Shown one piece after another: positions 36,751 to 49,394 of a DNA stretch of 64,000 bases (the stretch's first letter is position 1; every line of letters begins with the position of its first letter). The position numbers and the translations under genes were made by a program. The DNA is from Octopus sinensis (taxonomy: Eukaryota). The notes below the pieces were generated by a model, which did not search any database, was not told the origin of the DNA, and worked only from the letters and a program-made list of their open reading frames with translations. The stretch lies in assembly GCF_006345805.1 (NCBI RefSeq), contig NC_043002.1, positions 66,836,001-66,900,000 on the forward strand, in the 5' to 3' direction.

Positions 36751-39700
36751 TCCTTAAATCCTTAAAAATGTTTTAGCCCGAGGCCGCGGCATGCTGGGGC
36801 ACCACACCGCTGAATGAGCTACACTAGTTTGTGAATCCACCTCTGATACGTGGCACTTGATCAACAAGGGAGTTCGATGCTGCTGCCCGCATCCGTGTCT
36901 CCTGTCGTGAGGTAGGTTCATCTGGACTCCCACAAAGAAGAGATCTTTTAGTTTTAAAGAAACCCACATCCACACCATGTAAGTCTCTCAGGCATTTAGG
37001 GAGGATGTTAAAGAGCTGTGGTCCTCTGAAACCCAAGCTGTTGCAGTATCTGGACCTGTATTTTGATGGTGATGTTGGAATCCTTGGCACCACGCAGCGG
37101 CGCCCCGTTCTGCGGTTGGAGTAACTTTGAATGCCAAAGTTTGGGACAAGACCCTCCAGGATTTTCCAGATGTATATCACTGCATATCTCTCCCGCCTCC
37201 GCTCCAGGGAGAAGAGGTTTAATACCTTCAGTCTTTCCCAGTAGCTGACATTTTGCATTGAGACGATTTTCTTTGTGTAGCTTCTCTGAGTTGCTTCGAG
37301 TTCTGCTGTTTGTTTTATATTGTGTGGTGACCAAAGTTGGGAGCAGTAGTCCAAGCGGCTGAGGACAAATGTTTTCCATAGGACCATCAGTGTCTCCTTC
37401 TCTCTTGTTCTGAAAGTTCGGAGAATCCATCCAGCTAGCCGTCTGCATTTTATCACCAGATTAGCAATATGCATTTGGAAAGATGCATCATTGCTCATGT
37501 CAATGCCCAGTCACGCACTGATTTTGACTCAGGGATTGCAATTCTTCCTGGGCCAGTGTATCCAGTCTTCACGTCATTTACCTTTGTGTGCCAGTAGCGC
37601 AGGGCCTGGAACTTACCTGCATTAAACTGCATGTTGTTGTCCTCAGCCCACCTGTATATTGTGTCCAGCTCATGTTGCAGATGCGCAATATTTTCAGGGT
37701 TTTGTATTGCGTGGGAGACTTTTGTGTCATCTGCATAGCTAGCAAGGGTGGTCATCGTAGCAACTGAAGGCATGTCTGAAAGGGCCACTATGAACATCAG
37801 TGGCCCCAAGACAGTGCCCTGTGGGACACCGCTTGTTATTTGCGTTTCCCTGGAGGTGGCTCCATTGCTCACAACTGCCTGTTTTCTGTCTTTTAGGAAG
37901 TTGTGCAGCCACTCTCCAAGTTTCCCGCCTATGCCGAGACCACGCAGTTTGTGACAGATCATACCATGGTCGACTTTATCAAAGGCTTTTGCAAAGTCAA
38001 GATATATTACAATCCACATTTGAGCCATTTAGTAGCTGTTTCAACACCCAGTCATAGTGTTGCAGGAGCTGTGTTAGGCAGCCTCTACCTGGTCGAAATC
38101 CATGCTGGGTGTCAGACAGTAAGTCATTTTCTTCAAGGAACATAATTAGTTTCTTACGGACTATTCGTTCCATGACTTTGCTGATGTGTGAGGTCAGAGA
38201 GATAGGCCTATAATTTTTAGCATCTGCTCTGCTACCTCCCTTATGGATAGGGCATATTACCCCCTCTTTCAGTTTGACTGGAGCTTACCACTTGCAAGAA
38301 AGCTCTGAAAAAGAAGCTGTAGCGGTTTTGCAAGGGCTCGTTTGCACATTTGAGAAGGATCGCTGGGAATCCATCAGGTCCAGCAGCTGAGTTTGTGTCA
38401 ATCTCATCAATGGCTAGTGTGATATCATCTTCTTCGATGTTGATGTACTCAATTTTTGTCTCTTGGCCGCTGGTAAAGTGGCAAAGAATTCTTCTGGGTT
38501 GTTTACTTGCCTGTGTCCTAGAGGTGTAGTGAACACACTTTGGAACTGTTCGTTCAGTATTTCACTTATCCTCGTGGGATTTCCTGTGAGAGAGCCATCT
38601 TTTTGGAAGAGAGGTCCTATTCTCTGGTGCACTGTGGCTGTCTCTTTGGCAAACTTAAAGAAGCTTTAGGGTTTGATTTTATTTTCTATTACCCAAGCTT
38701 CTTTATCTGCTCTCTCCTTTTCATGGGACTGATGTAGACTTTTCTCAGTTTCCATTAGCATTCTTTCGAGCCGAGACTTCTCACCACTTTTGGTGTGCTT
38801 GCTCAGGCGGTTTGCAATCCTTGTCGTCGTCTCATAAGAATCCTCCTTTCTCTAGGGATCCTGTTTTTGTTCTTGTGTGTGCTGGCCCTGCACATTGGGA
38901 CATATTTGTCACATATGGCTTGTATTATGGACATGAAGTGTTTGTGTTTCATGTTTATGTCCGGTGTGGAGAGACATTCAGGCCAATCCTGTTTGAGGAT
39001 CTCTTTCTCAATCGACTTCCAGTTGGCTTTATGAAAGTTTAAGTTGGAGAGATGGTGGGTGCTTCGTATAGGCTGTGTGTCTGCGGGGGCTTTTGTTCCA
39101 TACATAGACAGCTCTATTATGTTTTGATCCGAGATCATTGTCGGCATCACATTAACATTATGGATATATCCATATTGTTTGTGAAGCAGAGATCCAGTAT
39201 ATTATCTGCCCTTGTTGGTTGCAGAACTATTTGCTCTATGAAAGAGGTATTTGTGAGATGGATCAGGACTCCACCTGTGCCTGCTGATGGTGTGTCATCC
39301 CTGGGAGCATCTGCCCCCCAGGCCATTCCACATTGGGGAGGTTAAAGTCACCCATGAAGAATACACTGTTGTGCTGTTCAAGGTTGGTGAGGACTTCTCC
39401 TATTTTTGTTAGGCAGTCTTCAAACATGCCTGAGTGTTTTGGGGCATCTGGTGGGCGATATGTAGTGCATATGACGATATTCAGTTGTCTTGTGTGTACA
39501 ATTTGAGTTTCACATACTGAGTTTGAATATGACAGCAGGACCTGGGGCGTGAGGTCATCTCGGATGTACATTGCAACTCCACCATGGCTCCTCCCTTTTC
39601 TATCTGTGCGTATGACTGCATATTGCGGCATGTGTATTTCTGCATCACCTATATCGGGTTCAAGATGCGTTTCTGTGATTGCATGTCACAAGGTCTCTCA

Positions 39701-40091
39701 GGAATGAAATTTTCTTTTTACAGTTTCCGCGCAGCAGCCCTCCTATATTCAGTAGAAATATTTTTGTGGTGTGTGTGTTGGTGTTGGTGTCTGTGGTGGC
39801 CATCCTGCATCTGTTGGAGGTGGCCTTATGTGGTGGTAGTTCCAGCTTTGTGCTTGTAGCCAGGTCAGCTGCTGAACAATTTTTTGTGCCATGCACAAAA
39901 AAGACTGCTGTTCAGCTGCCGCCCTTCTCACATCTGGGTGAAGCTGGCCACCTGTTGGGTTTCCGCGCACCACATCTGCATACCGTCTTTCAGTAGTGGT
40001 CAGTGCGCTTTTTCCCCTTCTTTTAACTTTTTGTTTTTGTTTTTGTTCTCCCTTAGGGAGGGACCTCTGTCTCGCGTCCGTGCGGTTTTGG
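36751..40091 (-). mobile_element. CR1-clade LINE #1: complete ORF2 region plus end of ORF1, frameshifted
   Basis: LLNIGGL, GGVAMYIR, YRPP, MGDFNLP (APE); YLDFAKAFDKV, GVPQGTVLGP, YADDTK (RT); GWILRTF, LDYCSQLWSP, LERRRER. Tail (TTTAAGGA)n. Confidence 0.92.
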
Positions 40092-40267
40092 TATGTATAT
40101 ATATATATATGTATGTATGTATATATGTATGTATATATATATGTATGTATATATATATGTATGTATGTATGTATATATATGTATGTATGTATGTATATGT
40201 ATGTATGTATGTATATGTATGTATATATATGTATGTATGTATATATATGTATGTATGTATATATATG

Positions 40268-40306
<39 letters not shown>

Positions 40307-40388
40307 GTATATATGTATGTATGTATATATATATATGTATGGATATATATATGTATGGATATATATATGTATGGATATATATATGTAT
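40092..40388. repeat. (TA/TATG)n array
   Basis: Direct reading. Confidence 0.95.
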
Positions 40389-41723
40389 GGGTTCCGTAAT
40401 GGAAGGGACTGCCTAACGCAGCTCCTGCATCACTTTGAGGACATTTTGAGAGCTTTGGGAGAGGGCTCCAACACCGATGTCATCTACCTTGATTTCAGTA
40501 AGGCCTTCGACAGGGTCGATCACAAGATCCTATTGAAAAAACTATCCGACATTGGTGTCTCTGGAAAGTTACTGAAATGGATTAAGTGTTTCCTGACAGA
40601 CAGATCTCAACATGTTGTAGTTGAAGGGGTAAAATCAAGCCCAGCCAAAGTCAGTAGTGGCGTTCCGCAAGGCACTGTGCTGGGCCCACTTCTTTTCATC
40701 ATTACATTAATGACATTAATGACATCATCAAGCACAGCAACATAAAAATCTTTGCAGATGACTCCAAGCTACAGAAGGTCATAAATGAGGCGAGTGACCG
40801 GACATGCCTTCAGTCAGATCTACTGGCTGTTATCCAATGGCAGAAAAAAACAATATGCTGCTGAACGAGGATAAATTTGAGCTAATCCACTTTGGAAAAG
40901 AGGATGCCCTGAAACTCCCATACTCCCTTCCTTCAGGTGAAACTCTCGCGGCGTCCAACAACATCAGAGACTTGGGAGTAATTGTGGACAACAACGTAAG
41001 CTGGGCCACTCATATAAACACCAAAGTTGACATGGCCCGCAGAATGTGTTCCTGGATTCTCAGAACTTTTCAGTCGAGAGATATCCACACCATTATCCTT
41101 CTCTTCTCCACTTTTGCCCGACCCCACCTTGAATACTGTTGTCCACTGTGGTCTCCCCACACAATACAAGGTATCATAAAAGTTGAAGCACCACAAAGGG
41201 CAATCACAAAAAAGATAGATGGCATGACAGGCCTCGACTATTGGGGTCGACTAGAAAAGCTAAAACTCTATTCTCTCCAACGTCGTCGTGAGCGCTACAT
41301 CATCTGCATGATGTGGAAAATATTCCATCAGCATTGCCCAAATGATGTTGGCATCACCTTTAAGGTACATCCAAGGCTTGGGCCCCGTGCCATCCGCCCA
41401 AAACAAAATCGCACTCTCATCTCATAACAACAATACGGCACAATTATTTCACCTCAATTGGCCCCGCTCTCTTTAACATTACACCAAAAACATTAAAACA
41501 GAAACTGACCCTATAGGGTTCAAGAAGTCTTTGACAGATTCCTTCAAGAAATCCCGGATAAACCCCCTACACCCGGATATGTCTCTGTAAACATAACTCT
41601 CTACTTGAGTGGGCCATAGTGCCCAAATTCTGACTTGAAAGACTTCACCAGGTGGTGCTATTAAGTTAGACATGGCCTGGGCCAATAATGGCCGAAACCT
41701 ATCAAAGTATCAAAGTATCAAAG
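40389..41723 (+). mobile_element. CR1-clade LINE #2 (different subfamily), 5'-truncated
   Basis: [50 protein letters not shown]. Tail (TATCAAAG)3. Confidence 0.92.
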
Positions 41724-41850
41724 TATGTATATATGTATGTATGTATATATATGTATGTATGTATATATATGTATGTATGTATATATATATGTATGTGTTA
41801 TATATGTATGTATGGATATATATATGTATGTATGTATATATGTATGTATG

Positions 41851-41884
<34 letters not shown>

Positions 41885-42234
41885 TGTATGTATATGTATG
41901 TATGTATGTATATGTATGTATGTATGTATGTATATATATGTATGTATGTATGTATATATATATGTATGTATGTATATATATATGTATGTATGTATGTATA
42001 TATATATGTATGTATGTATATATATATATGTATGTATATATGTATGTATGTATGTATATATATATGTATGTATGTATGTATATATATGTATGTATGTATG
42101 TATATATATGTATGTATGTATGTATATATATATATGTATGTATGTATATATATATATGTATGTATGTATATATGTATGTATGTATGTATATATGTATGTA
42201 TGTATATATATATGTATGTATGTATATATATATG

Positions 42235-42280
<46 letters not shown>

Positions 42281-42512
42281 TGTATGTATATGTATGTATG
42301 TATATATATATATATGTATGTATATATATATATGTATGTATATATATATATGTATGTATATATATATATGTATGTATATATATATATGTATGTATATATA
42401 TATATGTGTATATATATATATGTATGTATATATATATATGTATGTATATATATATGTATGTATGTATATATGTATGTATATATGTATGTATGTATATATA
42501 TATGTATGTATG

Positions 42513-42546
<34 letters not shown>

Positions 42547-42548
42547 TG

Positions 42549-42582
<34 letters not shown>

Positions 42583-42927
42583 TGTATATGTATGTATGTA
42601 TATGTATGTATGTATGTATATGTATGTATGTATATGTATGTATGTATGTATGTATGTATATGTATGTATATATATATGTATGTATATGTATGTATGTATG
42701 TATATATATATGTATGTATATATATATGTATGTATATATATATGTATGTATATATATATGTATGTATATATATATGTATGTATATATATATATGTATGGA
42801 TATATATATGTATGGATATATATATGTATGGATATATATATGTATGTATATATATATATGTATGTATATATATATATGTATGTATATATATATATGTATG
42901 TATATATATATATGTATGTATATATAT
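41724..42927. repeat. 1.2-kb (TA/TATG)n array
   Basis: Direct reading. Source of the 400-aa YMYV/IYIH ORFs. Confidence 0.97.
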
Positions 42928-45387
42928 GATTGATTGATTGATTGATTCTAGTTTCAGCTTATGAGCTGTGGCCATGCTGGGGCACCGCCATTTGGTGTTG
43001 CTACTTGGTTTCACTTCATGGAGGCTTTCTAGCAACTGCTATTTGGTGCATGAGAGAGTTCGATGCAGCTGCCCTCATCTGCCCCTCCTGCCGTGAAGTT
43101 GGTTCATCTGGGAACCTGACAGGAAGAGATCCAGCTTCATTTAAAGACATCTGTATCCACCCCATGCAGGTCTCTCAGGTTCTTCGGAGGATATTGAAGA
43201 GCTGTGGGCCTCGGAAGCCCAGGCTATCACAGAATCTTGTCCTACATCTTGATGGCAGGTTTGGTGTCCTAGGCACCACGCAGTGGCGCCCAGTTCTGGC
43301 ATTTGCGTAACTCTCGATGCCAAAGTTCAGGACACTTCCCTCCAGGATCTTCCAGATGTATATTATGGCATATCTTTCCCGCCTACGCTCCAGGGAATAT
43401 AATTTAATCTCTTGAGTCTTTCCCAGTAGCTTACATTCTGCATAGAGGCTATCTTCTTCGTGTAGCTCGTTGGATCGCCTCAAGTTCTGTGATCAACTTG
43501 ACACTGGATGGTGACCATAGCTGAGAGCAATAGTCAAAGTGGCTTAGGACAATGTCTTCCAGAGGACCATCATGGTTTCTTGTTCTCTTGTTCTAAAGGT
43601 TCTAAAATCCATCCAGCCAGCCGTCTACATTCCATTGTCAGTTTAGCAACATGTACATGAAGGTCGCGTCATCACTCATGTGAATACCCAGGTCACGCAC
43701 TGATTGTGCTCTGGGATTGCAATCCCTCGGGTCCAGTGTATTCATGGGTATTGCATTCAGTTTTGCATGCTGATAGTAATAAGCTTGAAACTTTCCAGCA
43801 TTGAACTGCATGCTATTCTTTTCAGCCCACTTGTATATTTTCGTCCAGCTCACATTGCAGGTGTTAGTGTCCTCAGGGTTCTGTATTGCCTGTGAAACTT
43901 TGTATCATCTGCATAACTTGTGATCGTGGCTCTCTGCGTGGCTGAGGGCATGTCTGAGAGGGCCATTATGAACATAGTGGTCCCAGAACAGTGCCCTGCG
44001 GACACACCGCTCACTATTTTTGTGTTAATGGAGGTGGCCCCATTGGCTACTACCACCTGACTTCTATCCTTCAGAAAGTCATGAAGCCTTCTCCCAGTTT
44101 TCCAACTATGTTGAGATCACGCAGTTTGTGACATATCATTCCATGATCGATTTTATCAAAGGCCTTTGCAAAGTCGAGATATATCACTTCCACATTTGAG
44201 TGGTTGAGCAGCCGTTTCAGCACCCAGTCATAGTGTTGTAGGAGCTGAGTTAAACAGCTTCTCCCTGGTCGGAACCATGTTGGGTGTCGGGCAGCAAGTC
44301 ATTCTCTTCAAGGAAGGTGATCAGCTTCCTTCTGACTATTCGTTCCATGACCTTGCTGATGTGTGAGGTCAGAGAGATAGGTCTATAGTTCTTGGCTTCC
44401 GCTCTGCTACCTCCTTTATGAATGGGGCATATTTTACCGTCCTTCAGTTTTCTGGTAGTTTGCCAGCTGCAAGGAAGCTCTGAAAGAGGAACTGCAGTGG
44501 TCTTGCTAGGACTCTCTTACATGCTTTTAGGAGGATTGCCGGGAATCCATCGGGGCCAGTAGCTGAGTCTGTTTTCATTTCATCTATAGCCTTGGTTACA
44601 TCGTCTTCCTTTATATCGATGTAATCTATCGTTGCCGCCTCTGATTTTATATCTGCAGTGGTAAAAAAGTCAGTTGGATTGGTGATTTGGAGATGCCCAA
44701 GGGGTGGAGTGAAAACACTCTTGAATTGTTCATTCAGTATTTCACTTACCCTCATTGGTTTTCCTGTAAGTGTGCCATCCTTTTCGAGGAGTGGCCCTAT
44801 TCTACAGTGCACTGTAGCTGTTTCTTTGGCATACCTGTAGAAAGCTCTGGGGTTAGATTTTATGTTTTCTATAGCCCAGGCTTCTTTGTCTGCTCTTTCT
44901 CTTTCTTTTTCATGGGAGAGTTGCAGACATTTTTCGATTTCCAACAGTTTTATTTTTAGGCGGGACTTTTCACTGCTTTCAATCTGTTTGTTTAGGCGAT
45001 TTGAAAATTTCGTACGCCGTCTCATTAAATTTTCCTCTCTCTGGGGATTTTTTTTCTGTGTACAGTGGCCTTTCTCTCTGGGACACATTTGTAGCATATG
45101 GCTTGCATTACAGACATGAATTGTTGGAGTTTCACGTCGATGTCTGGCGAGGAGAGACATTTAGGCCAGTTTTGTTTGAGGATCTCTTTCTCAATTTGTT
45201 TCCAGTTTGCCTTATGGTAGTTCAAGCTGGAAAGATTTTGAGGGTTTCTTGTAGGCTGCATGTCCGTGCTCTCTTTTGGCCCGTACATGGTCAGCTCTAT
45301 CATGTTGTGATCCGAGAGTAGTGTCGGTGTCACTTTCACATTATGGATGAGATCCATGTCATTTGTGAAGCAGAGATCCAGTGTGTT
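42928..45387 (-). mobile_element. CR1-clade LINE #3, 5'-truncated within the APE domain
   Basis: [44 protein letters not shown]. Tail (AATC)5. Colinear with #1. Confidence 0.92.
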
Positions 45388-46229
45388 ATATGTATGTATG
45401 TATGTATATATATATGTATGTATGTATATATGTATGTATGTATGTTATATATGTATATATATATATATGTATATGTATGTATGTTATATATGTATGTATA
45501 TATATATGTATGTATGTATATATGTATGTATGTATGTATATATGTATGTATATATGTATGTATGTATATATGTATGTATGTATATATGTATGTATGTATA
45601 TATGTATGTATGTATATATATATATATATGTATGTATGTATATATATATATGCATGTATATATATATATGTATGTATGTATATATATATATGTAGTATGT
45701 TATGTATATATATATATGTATGTATGTATATATATATGTATGTATGTATAATATATATGTATGTATGTATGTATAAGTATATATGTTATGTATGTATGTA
45801 TATAATATATGTATGTATGTATGTATATATGATGTATGTATGTATATATATATGTATGTATGTATGTAATATATATATATGTAATGTATGTATGTATTAT
45901 ATATTATGTATGTATGTATATATATATGTATGTATGTATATATATATGTATGTATGTATATATATGTATGTATGTATATATATGTATGTAATATATATAT
46001 GTATATATATATATGTATATATATATTGTATGTATGTATGTGTATGTATGGATGTATGTATATGTATGTATGTATATGTGTATTATATATATGTATGTAT
46101 GTATGTATATATATATGTATGTATGTATGTATATATATGTATGCATGTATGTATATATATATATATCTGTCTGTATGTCTGTCTGTATGTATATATATAT
46201 ATATATATATGTCTGTATGTATGTATGTA
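45388..46229. repeat. (TA/TATG)n array
   Basis: Direct reading. Confidence 0.97.
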
Positions 46230-46695
46230 TCTCTTATTATAAAAGGCAGATTTTATCTGCCTCCCTTTGTCAGTTATAGAAATCTACAATATAGGATTTC
46301 TTCAATTACAATTTACCTAGCATTTTTAAGAGTAGAATGCATCAGGTCATGCCAGGTCCAGTTTTTAAAATTTAAACTCCAATTAAGCAAAATTTACAGA
46401 AAACTCACATTCTGGTGTGTATGTCAAATGCTTTTCTTAATGTGGTTTACACCACACGCACACACACACACACAGTGTGCAACGAATAAAATGAAAGTAA
46501 TTCACTGTGTGTTGACAGGTAGACAATAGAATGCGATGGCGATGTAATATTTGTTTCTGTCTATCACGCTGATAGATACATGAGTAAAATGTATGGCAAG
46601 CTAAGAGATAAGAGTGAGTGAAAATGTTCTTGGAAGAGAGTAAATAGCGAGAGTGATTTGAGGAAGACTTTACATTAAATAACCGTAGTGGCTTG
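46230..46695 (+). mobile_element. probable Helitron 5' portion
   Basis: A|TCTCTTATTATAAAAGGC start like the other Helitron 5' ends. No CTAG 3' end found. Confidence 0.45.
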
Positions 46696-46715
46696 TATAT
46701 ATATATATACATACA

Positions 46716-46979
46716 TAAGACAGTAAGGTGTGATTTGAGGGAGATTTGGCTGCTATTTCTACCATGTCTAGCTGCCATGTAGGGGTCTCCCTCATAGGCT
46801 CATACATACATATATACATAGATAAGACAGTAAGGTGTGATTTGGGGGAAATTTGGCTGCTATTTCTACCAGGTCTAGCTACCATGTAGAGGTCCCCCTC
46901 ATTGGCTCATATTATATACATACATAAGACAGTAAGGTGTGATTTGAGGGAGATTTGGCTGCTGTTTCTACCAGGTCTG
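46716..46979 (+). repeat. 2.5 tandem copies of a 102-107-bp unit
   Basis: TAAGACAGTAAGGTGTGATTTG..GATTTGGCTGCTATTTCTACC starts at 46716, 46823 and 46925. The core also occurs dispersed (about 6480, 26360, 56030). Confidence 0.85.
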
Positions 46980-47049
46980 TTAGGCCTTCTCATGTAAACT
47001 CAAGCTTTCTCATGCCTTGAACATAAGACCAAAGCAGAGAATGTATTCT

Positions 47050-47290
47050 TTTATTCTTCTGCTTTTTCCAGCCATTGGTCTGTGGCCATGCTGGGGCAAT
47101 GCCTTGAAGAATTGTAGTTTAATGAATCAACTCCAGTTTTATTTTTGTAAGCATTGTACTTATTCTATCTGTTTCCTTTGTCAAACCACTAGGTGACAGG
47201 GATGTAAACAAACCAACATTCGTTGTCAAGCAGTGGTAGAGGACAATCACAAGCACAGACACGCACACACACACACATACATGCATACAC
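47050..47290 (-). mobile_element. SINE-A 3' module
   Basis: Consensus match. Confidence 0.8.
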
Positions 47291-47317
47291 ATATACACAC
47301 ATACATACATACATACA

Positions 47318-47353
<36 letters not shown>

Positions 47354-47371
47354 TATGTGTGTATATATATA

Positions 47372-47789
47372 TTGCAGCGTGGAAGGTGTTTGTAAGCCAT
47401 TTAAGAAACACACAAAAACCGTTAGATTCACTTCAACATTTAAATTTAATTTGCCAAAATATTTTCCTCGCTTTGAGACCGCGACCTGTTCACTGACAAA
47501 AATATCGTGCTAACAGGTCGCGGTCTCAAAGCGACGAAAATATTTTGACAAATTAAATTTAAATTTGAAGTGAATCTAACGGTTTTTGTGTGTTTCTTAA
47601 ATGGCTTATAAACACCTTCAACGCTGCAACTGTTTTCGTTCCAGCACACGATCTCAGATCAAGTCACTTGCTATGCAAGTACATCTCTGTAACTATATAT
47701 ATATTTATATATATATATATGTATATTGGTAAAAACAGTAAGATAACAAAAGAAAGAAAGAGACCTCAATATTATGTAAATAGAGGAAA
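47372..47789. mobile_element. element with a 119/118-bp inverted repeat, probably a Penelope-like pseudo-LTR remnant
   Basis: Arms 47372-47490 and 47512-47629. Abuts a TA microsatellite. Family call is inference. Confidence 0.55.
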
Positions 47790-48183
47790 TCTTTATATAT
47801 AAAAGTGAGGTTGTGTGTCTGTCTCCTACGATTTAGATTCCTAACTACTCCCACATTTTGCGGTGCAGTTTAACCAAAACCGGGTATCTTATAGTCGTGA
47901 TTCATATCGAGACCGTCTGGCTATTAGCGCGCGTCTACGATGAGTCTACGATTTAAAAAAAAATTTACCATCAATTTTTCCCATTTTTAATCCATTTTTG
48001 ACATATATATGGGAAGTAACTCTCTAAAATTTATTATTAAATCTCAGAACGTAAAAAGCTACAGTAACACCCCTCCACTTTGTGGTTAGCCATATTGAGA
48101 TGGCTATTATACTTTACATCTCTAAAAATGCTTATATAATTATTTCCCTTACAAACCCGAGCAACACCGGGCGATACTGCTAG
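47790..48183 (+). mobile_element. non-autonomous Helitron (394 bp)
   Basis: A|TCTTTATATATAAAA 5' end, CCCG-AGCAACAC-CGGG hairpin, CTAG|T 3' end. Confidence 0.85.
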
Positions 48184-48231
48184 TGTATGTATGTATGTAT
48201 GTATATATGTATGTATATATATGTATGTATG

Positions 48232-48267
<36 letters not shown>

Positions 48268-48369
48268 TGTATATATATATGTATGTATGTATGTATATAT
48301 ATATGTATGTATGTATGTATATGTATGTATGTATGTATATGTATGTATGTATGTATGTATATATGTATG

Positions 48370-48400
<31 letters not shown>

Positions 48401-48600
48401 GTATGTATATGTATGTATGTATATATGTATGTATGTATATATATGTATGTATGTATATATATGTATGTATGTATGTATATATATGTATGTATTATGTATA
48501 TATACGTATGTATGCCGTAATCTCTTTTAGAGAGACTTAGTAATTTTAATATTTCTATTATGTATATATATATATGTATGTATATATATATATGTGCGTG
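48184..48600. repeat. (TATG/TA)n array
   Basis: Direct reading. Confidence 0.95.
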
Positions 48601-49394
48601 TGTGCAAAGGGCTTCCACACTGTTTCTGTCAATCAAATTCACTCATAAGGTATTCGTTAGCTTGGGGCACTAGTAGAAAACACTTGCACAATTTGCCGCT
48701 CAATGGAATCGAACCGGAAACGACGTGGTTGAAAAGCAAGCTTCTTAACCACGCACCCATTCTTTCATAACTCTTGGTGATTTATCATTTACATATGAAA
48801 ATCTACAATCTGTTTGCTTCTTTCAGCGTTTGGTTTATCCACGTTTCTACATCTTATTGAATTGATGTAATTCAGAAACCAGAGAAGATTCACCAGATTA
48901 GTTTTAAGTTCCATTCGGGTTTCATTTTCGATTGAACCGACATGTTGCCATATTGTCAATACTAGTTAATTTTCTTCTGGTTTTCTGTCAATCTTAAAGA
49001 TTTCTGCGAGTGTCTAATCAAATTCACTAATCAACTTGTGTCATACATTTTCATTTTTTTACCCCCTTTCTTATTGCAAATTTATTTTGATATTTGTGTT
49101 TTCATATATGGTGTATGGTTTAATTTATGATTGCTTAACTAGATATGATATGATATCCATTGTGCAGCAAATGGCACCAACAAACATGGATATCAGTTTT
49201 GGCAAAACTCCATTCCAGTGAGAAAGAACTTAATTAACTCATAGTTCTATATTTAAGAGATGAGGAATTATATACATCATTTACATTATTTACATTCGAC
49301 CGATATTTGTCCAAATGAGGACAAATATCCGTCGAATGTAAATAATGAAAATAATGTTAATTAACTCAGTTGTTTTTAATATTCGTGCTGTTAA

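Noticed and set aside
41672-43035. 400+ aa ORFs of [10 protein letters not shown], and similar ORFs at 10.6, 18.1, 40.0, 45.3, 48.1, 54.0 and 58.6 kb
   Set aside because: Translations of stop-free TA/TG/TATG/TCTA microsatellites, open in several frames on both strands.
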